Source: Gammaproteobacteria bacterium
GTDB taxonomy: Bacteria; Pseudomonadota; Gammaproteobacteria; Pseudomonadales; Azotimanducaceae
Direction: 5' to 3'
Length of the DNA stretch: 64,000 bases
Assembly: GCA_026707905.1 (NCBI GenBank)
Contig: JAPOVY010000104.1
Span: 3,413-67,412 of the forward strand
A program made the position numbers and the translations under genes. The notes beneath the pieces are model-generated. The model saw nothing but the letters and a program-made list of their open reading frames with translations. It had not been told where the DNA came from and ran no database searches. Position 1 is the first letter of the stretch. Every line of letters begins with the position of its first letter. Shown here in pieces: positions 1-13,179 of this stretch.

Positions 1-647
1 TTTGGTCCCGCGACACGCGCAATCGCGCGATTTTTGCGACGCGGGGATCGAGACAGACCACGGCATTAGAGATATCGGTACCGGGAAGTGATTTAGAGTT
101 TTATAGGGCTACGATCCAGCTTGAGCAGTATTTTCCCGTACCAGGTCTCAATCCTAATTTCGCTGTTCACCTAAACGCTGATCTAGGCTACGGAGGTTCG
201 TACGGCGATACCGAAATTTACCCGTTTTATGAACATTTTTACGGTGGCGGTTTTGGATCCGTTCGAACATATAAACGCGCATCACTCGGGCCACGAAGCA
301 CCGCACTTCGAAACTTCAATTCGAATGTACCAGGTCGCCCGTTTGGTGGAAACATCATGGCCGAGCTTTCGGCGGAATTCGTGTTTCCATTGCCGTTTAT
401 GAAGGACAGAGGGCAAGTACGGTCGCTTTACTTCATTGATGCTGGGAACATTTTCAGTGATCATTGTTCCGATACGAGTTTGAACTGTTTCTCACCGAGT
501 TTCAAAGAACTACGAGGTTCCACCGGAATCGCAGTTTCTTGGTTAACGCGTATGGGGCCGATGTCATTCTCGCTCGGCTACCCGTTCAACGATACCGATT
601 TGGATGAGACGGAAGTCTTTAGTTTTGAGCTGGGTCAGACGTTCTAA
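1..647 (+). CDS. bamA: Outer membrane protein assembly factor BamA, C-terminal part (5' end outside window)
   Basis: Frame 3 is open from the window edge to TAA 645-647 (WSRDTRNRAIFATRGS...). It ends ...EVFSFELGQTF, an Omp85-type C-terminal beta-signal with terminal Phe. It is followed by skp-lpxD-fabZ as in other Gammaproteobacteria. Confidence 0.85.
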   Translation, partial: WSRDTRNRAIFATRGSRQTTALEISVPGSDLEFYRATIQLEQYFPVPGLNPNFAVHLNADLGYGGSYGDTEIYPFYEHFYGGGFGSVRTYKRASLGPRSTALRNFNSNVPGRPFGGNIMAELSAEFVFPLPFMKDRGQVRSLYFIDAGNIFSDHCSDTSLNCFSPSFKELRGSTGIAVSWLTRMGPMSFSLGYPFNDTDLDETEVFSFELGQTF

Positions 648-772
648 CGCGGTATTTGAAAGACGATTACTCGGAAAAATACAAGTCGAAGATATACGAC
701 CACTAATATAATCGTTCGCCCCGCGTAGCGTGCTTCTGCCATGGTCTGCGCCCACGTATCCCTGAGGCATTC

Positions 773-1291
773 ATGATTTCTAGACTATTGAAGCTGCTTT
801 GTGTCGTTCTTGCGCTCAATGTGGCGATGGCGGCGACTGCGCAGTTACGCGTTGCAGTTGTGAACTCGTCTGAAGCTGCTATGGCGACGGAAGAAGCGAA
901 GGCAACGCTCGCACAGATCGAAGAAGAATTCGCACCGGAAAGTGATCGCCTAAAGCAATTACAGCAAGATCTGATCGGTTTACGAGACAAACTCATTAAC
1001 GACAGTGCAGTGACCTCAGAGGAAGAACGTCGCCAGATGCAGAAGCAAATGGAGGATATGCAGTTCGACTTAGAGGTGGGTGCACAAAAACTACAACGTG
1101 AGCTGACTGAACGCCGCGATGAGTTGCTCAACGCCCTTAACCCCAAATTTCAGAAAGCGCTTCGGGACTTAGTCGAATTGGAGAATTTCGACATCGTCTA
1201 TCAACTCAACCCGAGTGTATTGCTCTACGTTAATCCGCGCCACAACATTACGCGCAAAGTCACGGAGGCAATGAACAACATCACCGAGTAA
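773..1291 (+). CDS. skp: Periplasmic chaperone Skp (OmpH family)
   Basis: 172 aa with a signal peptide (LLKLLCVVLALNVAMAATAQ) and a charged coiled-coil body rich in E/Q/K/L. It sits in the canonical position between bamA and lpxD. Confidence 0.8.
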   Translation: MISRLLKLLCVVLALNVAMAATAQLRVAVVNSSEAAMATEEAKATLAQIEEEFAPESDRLKQLQQDLIGLRDKLINDSAVTSEEERRQMQKQMEDMQFDLEVGAQKLQRELTERRDELLNALNPKFQKALRDLVELENFDIVYQLNPSVLLYVNPRHNITRKVTEAMNNITE

Positions 1292-1322
1292 GTGATGTAA
1301 TTCAATTGCGACTAGTCGCATC

Positions 1323-2381
1323 ATGTTGTCGCTTGCCGAGATCGCGCAACGCACTCAAGGGCGCGTGATTGGCGACGAACTGATCTATATCTCAGGGGTG
1401 GGATCGCTCGCAAATGCCCGAAAAGGTGACCTGACCTACCTTTCAAATCAGAGATATAGGTCGCAATTGCAGAACACCCGCGCGACCGCAGTATTGCTTT
1501 CCGAACAAAATGTTGCGAATTGCCCTATCCCGGCGATTGTTGTCGGTAATCCACAGCTCGCATTTGCGACGATCGCGCGCGAGTTCGACAAACGAGAGCA
1601 CGTCGCTCTAGGAATTGATTCGACCGCACGGATTGACTCGACGGCGCGATTGGGTGAGGATGTGCGGATCGGACCAAACGTAATCGTAGGTTCACATTGC
1701 GAGATAGGCGCTCACGTTGAACTATGCGCGAACGTCTCGATCGGCGCTCACGCTAAGATCGGTCCGAACACGAGTATCCGTGAAAACGTGGTGGTTTACC
1801 ATGATGTCCAAATTGGCTCACACTGTACGATCCATGCGAATACCTCGATCGGTGCAGACGGATTTGGCATTGCGGCAGATGACAAAGGTCAACTTCAAGA
1901 AATTCCGCAGGTAGGTCGAGTTCGGATCGGTGACGACGTGCTACTCGGTGCTAGCGTAACGATTGATAGGGGTACGATTGATGACACGGTTGTGCATGAC
2001 AACGTGAAGATTGATGATCAGGTTCACATTGCCCACAACTGTGTCGTGGGCGCACATTCGATCTTGTGTGGACGCGCGTCTTTGGCAGGGAGTGTCACAT
2101 TGGGCGAATACTGCGTACTCGCCGGTGGGGTTGGTATTGCGGGTGAAGGACCCGTCTCGATTGCCAGTGGCGTTGAAATCGGTGCTATGACATTCGTTTC
2201 TCGCGACATCGCCGAACCGGGTCGTTACTCCGGCGCAACATTGCACACCGATAATCGAACGTGGCGTCGTAATGTACTAAGGTTGAATGAACTCGATTCA
2301 ATGGCAAAACGGTTACGACACGTCGAAAATTTGTTACAGAATCGTGAACGCAACGACGCTGGCCCTTCAAGTGCGGGATGA
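1323..2381 (+). CDS. lpxD: UDP-3-O-acylglucosamine N-acyltransferase LpxD
   Basis: 352 aa with an LpxD-type N-terminal domain ([17 protein letters not shown]) and a long left-handed beta-helix hexapeptide-repeat region. It lies in the skp-lpxD-fabZ context. Confidence 0.9.
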   Translation: MLSLAEIAQRTQGRVIGDELIYISGVGSLANARKGDLTYLSNQRYRSQLQNTRATAVLLSEQNVANCPIPAIVVGNPQLAFATIAREFDKREHVALGIDSTARIDSTARLGEDVRIGPNVIVGSHCEIGAHVELCANVSIGAHAKIGPNTSIRENVVVYHDVQIGSHCTIHANTSIGADGFGIAADDKGQLQEIPQVGRVRIGDDVLLGASVTIDRGTIDDTVVHDNVKIDDQVHIAHNCVVGAHSILCGRASLAGSVTLGEYCVLAGGVGIAGEGPVSIASGVEIGAMTFVSRDIAEPGRYSGATLHTDNRTWRRNVLRLNELDSMAKRLRHVENLLQNRERNDAGPSSAG

Positions 2382-2833
2382 ACGAATCCATGTCTGATCA
2401 AGATAACGACTTTGTGATTACGGACTACCTGCCGCATCGATATCCGTTTCTGTTGGTTGATCGTGTGTTGGAAGTCGAGCTGGGCAAGCGAATCGTTTGC
2501 GTCAAGAACGTCTCAGCCAACGAACCATTCTTCCCAGGACACTTCCCTGATAGACCGATCATGCCTGGTGTACTCATCGTAGAAGCGCTTGCACAAGCGA
2601 GCGGCATACTGGCACTTCGTTCTCGTAATCTCTCGGTTGAAAAACATGGGAGCGTGTTTGTACTGGCAGGAATGGACAAAACCCGGTTCAAGAAACCCGT
2701 AGAACCCGGTGATCGCCTGATTCTAGATGCGAACGTGATTAGCGAGCGTCGTGACATTATGAAGTTCAGTTGCAAAGCGCTTGTCGACGAAAACGTTGTT
2801 TGCTCGACGGAGCTCCTGATCGCCAGCGGCTGA
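2378..2833 (+). CDS. fabZ: 3-hydroxyacyl-ACP dehydratase FabZ
   Basis: 151 aa with [13 protein letters not shown] and [16 protein letters not shown] hot-dog dehydratase motifs. The start overlaps the lpxD stop (ATGA). Confidence 0.92.
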   Translation: MNESMSDQDNDFVITDYLPHRYPFLLVDRVLEVELGKRIVCVKNVSANEPFFPGHFPDRPIMPGVLIVEALAQASGILALRSRNLSVEKHGSVFVLAGMDKTRFKKPVEPGDRLILDANVISERRDIMKFSCKALVDENVVCSTELLIASG

Positions 2834-2857
2834 GCGAGCATCGACTCGAGCCAAACT

Positions 2858-4012
2858 TTGTCCGCTAAACCCCTAAAAATAGGGATTGTCGCCGGTGAAG
2901 CATCCGGTGACTTGCTCGGATCTTCTTTGATGACCGCGATCTCTGAACGCACGTCCGATGTGGAGTTCGTGGGCGTCGGTGGCGACACCATGCTTGCTTC
3001 CGGACTCACGAGCCTGGCGGACATGAACCACTTCGCCGTTAATGGCTTTGTCGATCCTTTGTTACGTGTTGGTAGTCTCTATCGTCTACTGCGCTTTTTA
3101 GTTCGCGAGTTGTCGACCACGGATGTAGTGGTTGGGGTTGACTTCAACGTATTCAACCTTCTTCTCGAGCGCCGGATTCGCATGCGCGGCGTACCAACTG
3201 CACATTACGTTAGTCCATCGGTATACGCATGGCGACGTGGACGTGTGAAACGCATCGGAAACGCTGTCGATGTCATTATGACTTTGTTTCCGTTTGAAAC
3301 GAAGGTGTACGACGAGCGCAACATCAAGGCTGTCTTCGTAGGTCATCCAACGGCAGACCGTTTCAACCCTGATGAAGACAAATCTAGCTTAATGTCGAGA
3401 ACACGAACTGCGAATGGTTGGTCAGAGGAATCGTTGATTCTCTGTCTGATGCCGGGTAGTCGCGGGTCGGAGATCGGGTTCCACTTCGAACTGTTCTTAG
3501 AGGCTGCACGTACTCTTCAAGAGCAAGTCCGGCATCCGAGATTTGAAGTGATCGTGGCTGCCCGACATCCTGAAGTTCACTTGAGCTGGCGAAACATGTG
3601 TGCTAGTTTCCCATCGTTAAACGTTGAGATTTCGAGCGTCGATGCAACCGAGGTCCTGGCTGCGAGCGACGTCGCATTGGTGAAATCAGGTACGAGTACG
3701 TTAGAAGCAATGCTTATGAAGACTCCGATGGTTGTTGCTTATCGAATGGGCTCACTAACCGTAAAAATCGTCCGTTCGATGATGTATATCGATCATATTG
3801 CGCTTCCCAATATACTTGCTAACAAGACGCTCGTTCCGGAGTTCGTTCAGAACGACGCGACACCACAAAACTTAGCTACAGCGCTCTTTGAGCAGTTGAA
3901 CCGAGACGATATCACGCTGTCGGACGAATTTACTTCACTTCACCGTTCGTTGAAGCAGAATGCAGCAAGTCGTGCTGCAGAAACCGTACTTTCACTTGTC
4001 GAATCGAGATAG
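2858..4012 (+). CDS. lpxB: Lipid-A-disaccharide synthase LpxB
   Basis: 384 aa. The N-terminus KIGIVAGEASGDLLG..FVGVGG is typical of LpxB (GT19). It has a TTG start 24 nt after the fabZ stop. Confidence 0.9.
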   Translation: MSAKPLKIGIVAGEASGDLLGSSLMTAISERTSDVEFVGVGGDTMLASGLTSLADMNHFAVNGFVDPLLRVGSLYRLLRFLVRELSTTDVVVGVDFNVFNLLLERRIRMRGVPTAHYVSPSVYAWRRGRVKRIGNAVDVIMTLFPFETKVYDERNIKAVFVGHPTADRFNPDEDKSSLMSRTRTANGWSEESLILCLMPGSRGSEIGFHFELFLEAARTLQEQVRHPRFEVIVAARHPEVHLSWRNMCASFPSLNVEISSVDATEVLAASDVALVKSGTSTLEAMLMKTPMVVAYRMGSLTVKIVRSMMYIDHIALPNILANKTLVPEFVQNDATPQNLATALFEQLNRDDITLSDEFTSLHRSLKQNAASRAAETVLSLVESR

Positions 4013-4604
4013 TCCGAATTTTCAGATAGTGATCGGTATCGATGAAGCCGGGCGAGGTCCATTGGCTGGACCCGTTGTTGCTGGTGCTGTTGCACTTGAT
4101 CCACAAGTGCCGATTGAAGGACTCGCGGATAGTAAGCGGCTAACGTCCACGAAGCGCGAAAGGTTATTCGAGGAAATCAAATCTAATGCGTTCGCGTTTG
4201 GTATTGGATTAGCAGATTCTGAGGAGATTGATGCGCACAATATCTTGAAGGCAAGTTTGCTTGCGATGCGGCGCGCGTATTCTGACACCACACTCGTCGC
4301 GGATGAAGTCTGGGTGGATGGCGACAAGGATCCAGGTATTTCAGAACCCACATTTACTCTTGTTGGTGGGGATGCCAAAATGGCGTCAATAAGTGCAGCA
4401 TCCATTTTGGCAAAGGTCACCCGTGATCGTATGATGGTAGCGTATGCTGATACCTATCCTCAGTACGGCTTCGAGCGTCACAAGGGATACCCAACTGCAT
4501 TGCATCTAGCGCGACTTCGTGAACATGGTCCCTGTCCCATTCATCGCACGAGTTTTGGACCCGTACGCGACGTAAGTCACAGTCTTTTCGAATCACTCAC
4601 ATGA
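3960..4604 (+). CDS. rnhB: Ribonuclease HII
   Basis: Motifs IGIDEAGRGPLAGPVV, DSKRLT, ILAKVTRD and HKGYPT. The start is uncertain: ATG 3960 is the maximal ORF, while TTG 3996 or GTG 4029 fit the usual N-terminal length better. Confidence 0.88.
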   Translation: MQQVVLQKPYFHLSNRDSPNFQIVIGIDEAGRGPLAGPVVAGAVALDPQVPIEGLADSKRLTSTKRERLFEEIKSNAFAFGIGLADSEEIDAHNILKASLLAMRRAYSDTTLVADEVWVDGDKDPGISEPTFTLVGGDAKMASISAASILAKVTRDRMMVAYADTYPQYGFERHKGYPTALHLARLREHGPCPIHRTSFGPVRDVSHSLFESLT

Positions 4605-7600
4605 GCGAATTTGTTCACCTAGCCGTACATAGTGAATACTCGGTCGTCGATAGCGTCGTATTCCTAGACAAGCTGGTTCCTCAAGTTAAGGACTTGGGCA
4701 TGTCGAGCATCGCCTTGACGGACCGAGGCAATTTAACAGCGATGCTCAAGTTTCAAAACGAGTGTTTTAAACATGGCGTCAAACCGATTTTCGGTTGTGA
4801 GCTCGCGCTGCTTGGCGCGCACGGTAAGACGAAGCTTGTGGTACTGGCCACTGATCAGATCGGCTATCACAACTTAATGCGGCTGGTTACCAATGCATCT
4901 AGGAATAGCCGAAGTCAGCGTTGTGCCGACTACGAAATGTTGGCGGAATTCAACGAAGGTCTGATACTCCTATCCGGCGGCGTACGTGGGGATCTAGGTC
5001 AGAGGCTACTCGCAGGTGAATACGAAAGTACCAAGAACCTACTTGACTGGTACGAAAAACACTTTAGTGAGCGGTTTTATGCAGAGATTTCTAGAACCGG
5101 CAGATTCGACGAGAACGACTATATCGATGCGATCGTCCCACTTGCCGCTGCGAAGAACGTACCCCTAGTAGCTACAAATGACGTCATATGTGTTTCTGAG
5201 CGTGATTTCTCGCTCCACGATGCAAAGTTATGCATACAACGTAGCGAACATATGGGGGAATCCTATTCCTGGAAAGGTGAATACAGTCCATTTCAGCACT
5301 TGCGTTCCAGCGACGAGATGGTTGAGCAGTTTCGAGATTTACCCGACGCTATCGAAAACACGGTTGAGATATCAAAGCGGTGTAATGTAAAGGTCGAAAC
5401 AGGTACTTACTTTCAACGGCCGTATCCAAAGCCGACGGAAGACGAAAACAACGCTATTCTCCGGACGACAGTCGAGGAAGCACTTGAAGAATTTCTAACG
5501 AACGAACACTCCGAAATCGACGCGTCGGATTTCGAAACCTACCGCGAGCGAGCCGCATACGAACTCGATGTGATCATTGAAATGGGATTCGCCGGTTACT
5601 TCATGATCGTTCGCGACATCGTCCTATGGGCAAAAGAACACGACATCCCTGTTGGACCGGGTCGTGGCTCTGGCGCGGCGTCGCTTGTTGCGATGTTACT
5701 AGGCATCACCGGGTTGAACCCGATCAAACACAATCTCTTCTTCGAGCGGTTGCTGAACCGTGACCGTCGGTCCATGCCGGATCTCGACATCGACTTTTGT
5801 GCGCACCGCCGTGATGAGGTGATGTGGCATGTGGTTGAACAGTTCGGTCGTGAGTGTGTGGGATTGATCGCCACCCAAGGTACGCTCGCTGCGAAAGGTA
5901 TCGTTCACGGCATGGGTCGCGCGCTGGCATACTCTCATAGCGACGTATCACGCATCACACAGCTGATTCCGACGAAACCGGGCACTAAATTAAAGGAGGC
6001 GTGCGCAGAAGACGCACGAATTGAGGAAACCGCAGCGGCTTACGGCTGCACGGAATTACTAGAGGAAAGCAAGAAACTCGAGGGCATTATTGCGACTTCA
6101 GGCGTCCATCCTGCAGGGGTCGTGATCGGCCCTGATCGACTTGAGGAATACGTACCTTGTGAGCTAGACAAAGACACCAATTTGCTAGTGACGCAGCTTG
6201 ATAAGGACGATGTTGAAAAGGCGGGTATGGTGAAGTTCGATCTGTTGAGTTTGAAGAACTTAACAGTCATCGACAAAACCATCCGATCAATCAATGCGAG
6301 GAGTCAAAATGGGTCGCCGCCCCTCGATATCGCAGATATACCACTAGACGACCGCAAGACGTTTCGACTGATCGCAGCCGCAGACACGGAAGGCGTGTTT
6401 CAGTTGGAATCACCTGGGATGAAACGGTTGATTCGCCAATTGAGGCCAGATAAGTTTGACGATATAGTCGCACTTGTCGCTTTGTACCGACCAGGACCGC
6501 TGAACGCCGGCGTCGACAAGAGCTACGCTTTACGAAAGCGTGGGCAGGAGCAAATTAGCTACGACCATCCGTTTCTCGAGGACGTATTGAAGAACACCTT
6601 CGGTCTCATGATTTATCAAGAGGATGTCATGAGTGTTTCGAGAGCACTCGCTGGATTTTCTGGCGGTGAAGCCGACATACTGCGGGAGGCGATGGGGAAG
6701 AAGATTCGTGACAAACTCGTCGAACTGAAGGACCGATTCGCAGATGGCTGTCGTGAAAAAGGGGTCGAACCGCTCGTAGCCGATGCAATCTACGAGAAGA
6801 TGCTTGGTTTTTCTGAATACGCGTTTCCAAAAGCTCACTCAACCGCGTATGCAGTTGTGACCTATCAGACGGCCTATTTGAAAGCGAACTATCCGAACGA
6901 ATACATGGCCGCGGTAGTTTCGGTCGAGCGCGGCGATCCGAACCGTGTTCGACGCCTCTTGGCTGAGGCGGACCGGATGGGACTAGCGTTAGAGTCACCT
7001 GATGTGAATCGACCGACATTCGATTGTGTCCCAACGATGGACGGACTGCGAGTTGGTATGCCTTGTCTGAAAGGAGTTGGTGAAGGTGACGTTCGCGTTA
7101 TGGCGCAAGCCCGTGAGGCGGGGGAATTCACTAGTCTCTTCGACTTTTGCACGCGAATAGACGTGAGCAAGATGCATCGCAATACGGTAGAGAGGTTGAT
7201 AAGGTCAGGTGCATTCGATTCGATCGAACCGTTAGCCAACGAGCGGGAAGTCGTTAGAGCTGTGCTTCTCGACAAACTCGATCTCGCTTATCAGGCGGGT
7301 ACGGACGGCGCACAATCAAGCCGAAGCTTGTTTGGTGGTCCACAGGAGCAAGAGGTTTTCGTGAACTATAAGGTTCCTGAGCCATTGTCGAAAAAGGAAC
7401 TCTATGACAGCGAGAGCGAGACGATTGGATTTGCGGTAAGTGACTCGTCTACGCGGTCCTATTTCCGCGAATTTGACACAATCTGCACGTGCTCCCTGGA
7501 TGAAGCTCATGCGAGTGAAGGGAATGGTGAGATCGTGGTTGCAGGTAAGATCAAGCGTTCCGAAGTGCGTGAACATCCTACCCGCGGTGAGATTGCCACT

Positions 7601-8065
7601 TTGGAGTTAGAAGGGCAAAAAGGTGCGCTAAGTGTCATACTTTGGCCTGATCAGTATCGGAAGTTCTCGCGTTATGTGGTCGATGACGAGTTCGTTGTCG
7701 CGAGAGGACGAATGCGGTACGACAAATTTCGTGACGAGAATCAATTGTCGGTAAGTTCACTGTTCGATCCAGTCGGCGCAAGAAAGCACTACCAAGCGTA
7801 TGTTGCATTGCGATTTGAAAACGATGAAGCGCGTGCATTGCTAACGCCAGAGAAATTACGGCAATTTGAAGGCGTTTTCAAAAATTCCGAACGAAAGGAA
7901 GGTCGTCCCGTTGAAATCGCAATCCAGAAAGACGGCGCGACATTGAAGGTCGGATTAGGTAAAGGTTTTCGGAAACTACCGGTTACGGATAGCGTACTGA
8001 CAGAACTGCGCGATATTTTCGGACCAAGTGTCGTTTATGTTGGATTCCAAAAAGGCGCGACTTAG
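4601..8065 (+). CDS. dnaE: DNA polymerase III alpha subunit DnaE
   Basis: 1154 aa with a PHP-domain N-terminus (FVHLAVHSEYSVVDS), a polymerase core (GRGSGAASLVAMLLGIT, PDLDIDF) and an OB-fold C-terminus. The start overlaps the rnhB stop (ATGA). Confidence 0.95.
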   Translation: MSEFVHLAVHSEYSVVDSVVFLDKLVPQVKDLGMSSIALTDRGNLTAMLKFQNECFKHGVKPIFGCELALLGAHGKTKLVVLATDQIGYHNLMRLVTNASRNSRSQRCADYEMLAEFNEGLILLSGGVRGDLGQRLLAGEYESTKNLLDWYEKHFSERFYAEISRTGRFDENDYIDAIVPLAAAKNVPLVATNDVICVSERDFSLHDAKLCIQRSEHMGESYSWKGEYSPFQHLRSSDEMVEQFRDLPDAIENTVEISKRCNVKVETGTYFQRPYPKPTEDENNAILRTTVEEALEEFLTNEHSEIDASDFETYRERAAYELDVIIEMGFAGYFMIVRDIVLWAKEHDIPVGPGRGSGAASLVAMLLGITGLNPIKHNLFFERLLNRDRRSMPDLDIDFCAHRRDEVMWHVVEQFGRECVGLIATQGTLAAKGIVHGMGRALAYSHSDVSRITQLIPTKPGTKLKEACAEDARIEETAAAYGCTELLEESKKLEGIIATSGVHPAGVVIGPDRLEEYVPCELDKDTNLLVTQLDKDDVEKAGMVKFDLLSLKNLTVIDKTIRSINARSQNGSPPLDIADIPLDDRKTFRLIAAADTEGVFQLESPGMKRLIRQLRPDKFDDIVALVALYRPGPLNAGVDKSYALRKRGQEQISYDHPFLEDVLKNTFGLMIYQEDVMSVSRALAGFSGGEADILREAMGKKIRDKLVELKDRFADGCREKGVEPLVADAIYEKMLGFSEYAFPKAHSTAYAVVTYQTAYLKANYPNEYMAAVVSVERGDPNRVRRLLAEADRMGLALESPDVNRPTFDCVPTMDGLRVGMPCLKGVGEGDVRVMAQAREAGEFTSLFDFCTRIDVSKMHRNTVERLIRSGAFDSIEPLANEREVVRAVLLDKLDLAYQAGTDGAQSSRSLFGGPQEQEVFVNYKVPEPLSKKELYDSESETIGFAVSDSSTRSYFREFDTICTCSLDEAHASEGNGEIVVAGKIKRSEVREHPTRGEIATLELEGQKGALSVILWPDQYRKFSRYVVDDEFVVARGRMRYDKFRDENQLSVSSLFDPVGARKHYQAYVALRFENDEARALLTPEKLRQFEGVFKNSERKEGRPVEIAIQKDGATLKVGLGKGFRKLPVTDSVLTELRDIFGPSVVYVGFQKGAT

Positions 8066-9275
8066 CGAACCTCCGTTTGAGCGGATTGTTCAGACGCTTA
8101 CAGAGTTAGACCTCCCGCGGAAGAGTCGACTTTGGATTGCGTTTAGCGGCGGGATCGATTCAACCGTTCTTCTACACGCAGCTGCAAGAGCATTCGATCC
8201 AGATCAATTAGCCGTCCTCCACATCAACCACGGGTTGAGCAGCAATGCAGATTTGTGGGCAGAACACTGTGAAACAACGGCGGCACGATTGAAAATCATG
8301 TTCGTCGGTCGTCGAATCTGTGTGACGGGTCAAAATCTCGAATTTGAAGGACGCCGCGCAAGATTCAGAGTTTTCGACGAGGTAGTACGCGACGTCGACG
8401 TTGTTGCAACCGCACATCATCGCGATGATGAGGTGGAAAGCTTGATGTGGCAACTGAGTACAGGTCGGGCGCTTGTTGGTATCGCGAAGTGGCGGAAATT
8501 GGCGCATGGGCGCTTGTGGCGTCCATTGCTTAGCTACAAACGTGACGAACTGCTGCACACCGCACGTCAAAGTGGGTGGTCGTGGGTCGAGGACGAATCA
8601 AATTTCGACATATCGTTAACGCGAAATGCGCTTCGGCAAGGCGTTCTACCTCAATTGCGGGCAGCGTTTCCGAATTTTGATTCGCATCTACTACAGTTGA
8701 AAGCGCCACCGCTTGAGTGCTTACCGGCGGAACCGATTGATGCCAAATTGCTTCGAGAGAATCCGACGCGCGTACGCGCATGGCTACACGCTTTTGACAT
8801 TACGCCCAAAACTGGTGCGGTGGAGGAGATCGCGCGTCAAACAACAGCACGGGATGATGCGCAGGTTCTCGTTCGTGTTTCCTCTAACAGCAGTGTTCGT
8901 CGGTTTAAGGATGCATTGTTCGTCGTGCCAGACGCGGAGTCAGTCCCGGCACGTTCGATGAAGGTCGGTGAACGCCACCTTTGTACGTTCGGCGAGTTAA
9001 CGTGGGCTGAAGAACGTATGGGTTTAGCTCTAGATTCTCAGATTCATACCGTTACACGAAAAGGTGGTGAGGTGCTTCGCCTACATAACCGTTGTGTGAA
9101 GCTTTCGAAGTGGTTTTACGATCAACGGGTGCCTCCGTGGGAACGTGATGCCTGGCCATTGTTTTACGTGGAAAACGAGCTGGTTGCAGTGCCGGGTTTA
9201 GGGGTGGCGGCTTCTGCGAGCGAACTCGGTGGTTGGGTACCGAAATGGCAGCGGATATTCCGATATTCGCGATAG
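8028..9275 (+). CDS. tilS: tRNA(Ile)-lysidine synthase TilS
   Basis: 415 aa with the PP-loop SGGIDSTVLLH near the N-terminus. All candidate starts (GTG 8028, ATG 8037, TTG 8040) lie inside the 3' end of dnaE. Confidence 0.85.
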   Translation: MSFMLDSKKARLSEPPFERIVQTLTELDLPRKSRLWIAFSGGIDSTVLLHAAARAFDPDQLAVLHINHGLSSNADLWAEHCETTAARLKIMFVGRRICVTGQNLEFEGRRARFRVFDEVVRDVDVVATAHHRDDEVESLMWQLSTGRALVGIAKWRKLAHGRLWRPLLSYKRDELLHTARQSGWSWVEDESNFDISLTRNALRQGVLPQLRAAFPNFDSHLLQLKAPPLECLPAEPIDAKLLRENPTRVRAWLHAFDITPKTGAVEEIARQTTARDDAQVLVRVSSNSSVRRFKDALFVVPDAESVPARSMKVGERHLCTFGELTWAEERMGLALDSQIHTVTRKGGEVLRLHNRCVKLSKWFYDQRVPPWERDAWPLFYVENELVAVPGLGVAASASELGGWVPKWQRIFRYSR

Positions 9276-9307
9276 ACGCTTAAGATCATCAATCAATGTC
9301 GAATTGA

Positions 9308-11870
<2,563 letters not shown>

Positions 11871-11874
<4 letters not shown>

Positions 11875-13175
11875 GTCGGATCGTCGCGGTACACGGCCGG
11901 GAGATCCTTGACTCACGCGGCAATCCAACCGTCGAAGTTGACGTTCGTTTAAGTAACGGTTCAACGGGATCTGCGATGGTTCCATCCGGCGCATCTGTGG
12001 GTACGTTCGAATCCGTTGAACGCCGCGACGAAGATCCCTCGCGCTATCTAGGTAAAGGTGTACTTCAAGCGGTTGCCAACGTAAATGGCATCATCGCAGA
12101 GGGTTTACATGGAATCGATGCGGTTGACCAAACGAGCGTTGACGAGAGGCTGCTTGCTCTCGATGGCACGCCAAACAAACAAAACCTCGGCGCAAATGCC
12201 ATCCTCGGCGTCTCACTCGCGACGCTTGAAGCGGCGGCTCGCACAAAAGGAGTTCCTCTTTATCAGCATGTGAATGACCTTTATGACGGCGTGCCGATGC
12301 GGATGCCGGTCCCAATGATGAACGTATTAAATGGGGGTGCGCACGCCGATAACGACGTCGTATTTCAGGAATTTATGGTCATCCCTGTCGGCGCTGATTC
12401 GTTTAGAGAAGCACTCCGTATTGGTATTGAAGTCTTTCATGTGCTGAAGCGCAATTTACAGAATGCGGAACCGAAACGTTCCACAGCCGTTGGCGACGAA
12501 GGCGGCTTCGCGCCGGATTTGGATTCAAATCAACACGCGCTTGAGTTTCTGAGTAATGCCATCCGCGATGCTGGTTACGAACCTGGAATTGACTGTTACG
12601 TCGGTTTGGACTGTGCTGCAACCGAGTTCTTCGATGAACGCGGATATGCTGCTGACGCGTATTCGTTGCCTCTAGAACCCGCTCAGATGATCGAATCGCT
12701 CGTGGACATTAAAGCTAATTACCCATTCGTAATGTCTATAGAGGATGGTTGTGCTGAAACAAGATTCGATGACTGGCAGCAATTGACGTTGCGACTTGGT
12801 GAGACGACTCAGCTAGTTGGCGATGATGTTTTCGTGACGAACAAAGCACGCGTTCTTGATGGCATCCAGCAAGGCATGGGAAATTCGGTTTTGGTGAAAT
12901 TGAATCAAGTAGGTACAGTTACCGAGACATTGGATGTCATGCGCATTGCTCATGCCCATGGTTACACTACCGTGGTCTCGCATCGATCAGGTGAAACGGA
13001 AGACACCAAGATCGCCGATCTCGCTGTAGGTACTGGCGCGGGTCAGATTAAAACTGGTTCTGCGTCACGCTCGGAGCGGGTCGCTAAATACAACCGCTTA
13101 TTACGTATCGAGGACCAACTCGAGAGCGTAACGTTTGAAGGAGCAGGCGAATTCGCTAAGTTCAAAAGGAATTGA
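11871..13175 (+). CDS. eno: Enolase
   Basis: The N-terminus [24 protein letters not shown] and the SHRSGETED motif identify enolase. The TTG start overlaps the kdsA stop. Confidence 0.95.
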
Positions 13176-13179
13176 ACCT

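Noticed and set aside
703-1146. Long ORFs antisense to well-supported genes. Examples are 703-1146 (antisense to skp), 2425-3024 (fabZ/lpxB), 6627-7034 and 6889-7275 (dnaE), 44122-44559 (piuC), 54947-55423 (tauE) and 58385-58948 (MBL hydrolase).
   Set aside because: Their translations are Arg/Ser/Pro-rich and low in complexity, show no recognisable motifs, and lie fully opposite genes with strong family signatures. They are typical shadow ORFs.
1614-1649. Tandem duplication [12 protein letters not shown] in LpxD.
   Set aside because: It lies at the beginning of the hexapeptide-repeat beta-helix, where such 6-residue periodicity is intrinsic to the fold. It is not a separate repeat element.
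13135-13179. Extended FtsB start at 13135, inside the 3' end of eno.
   Set aside because: The extra 15 residues ([15 protein letters not shown]) precede a typical FtsB N-terminus that begins at ATG 13180, just after the eno stop. The shorter form matches the family length.
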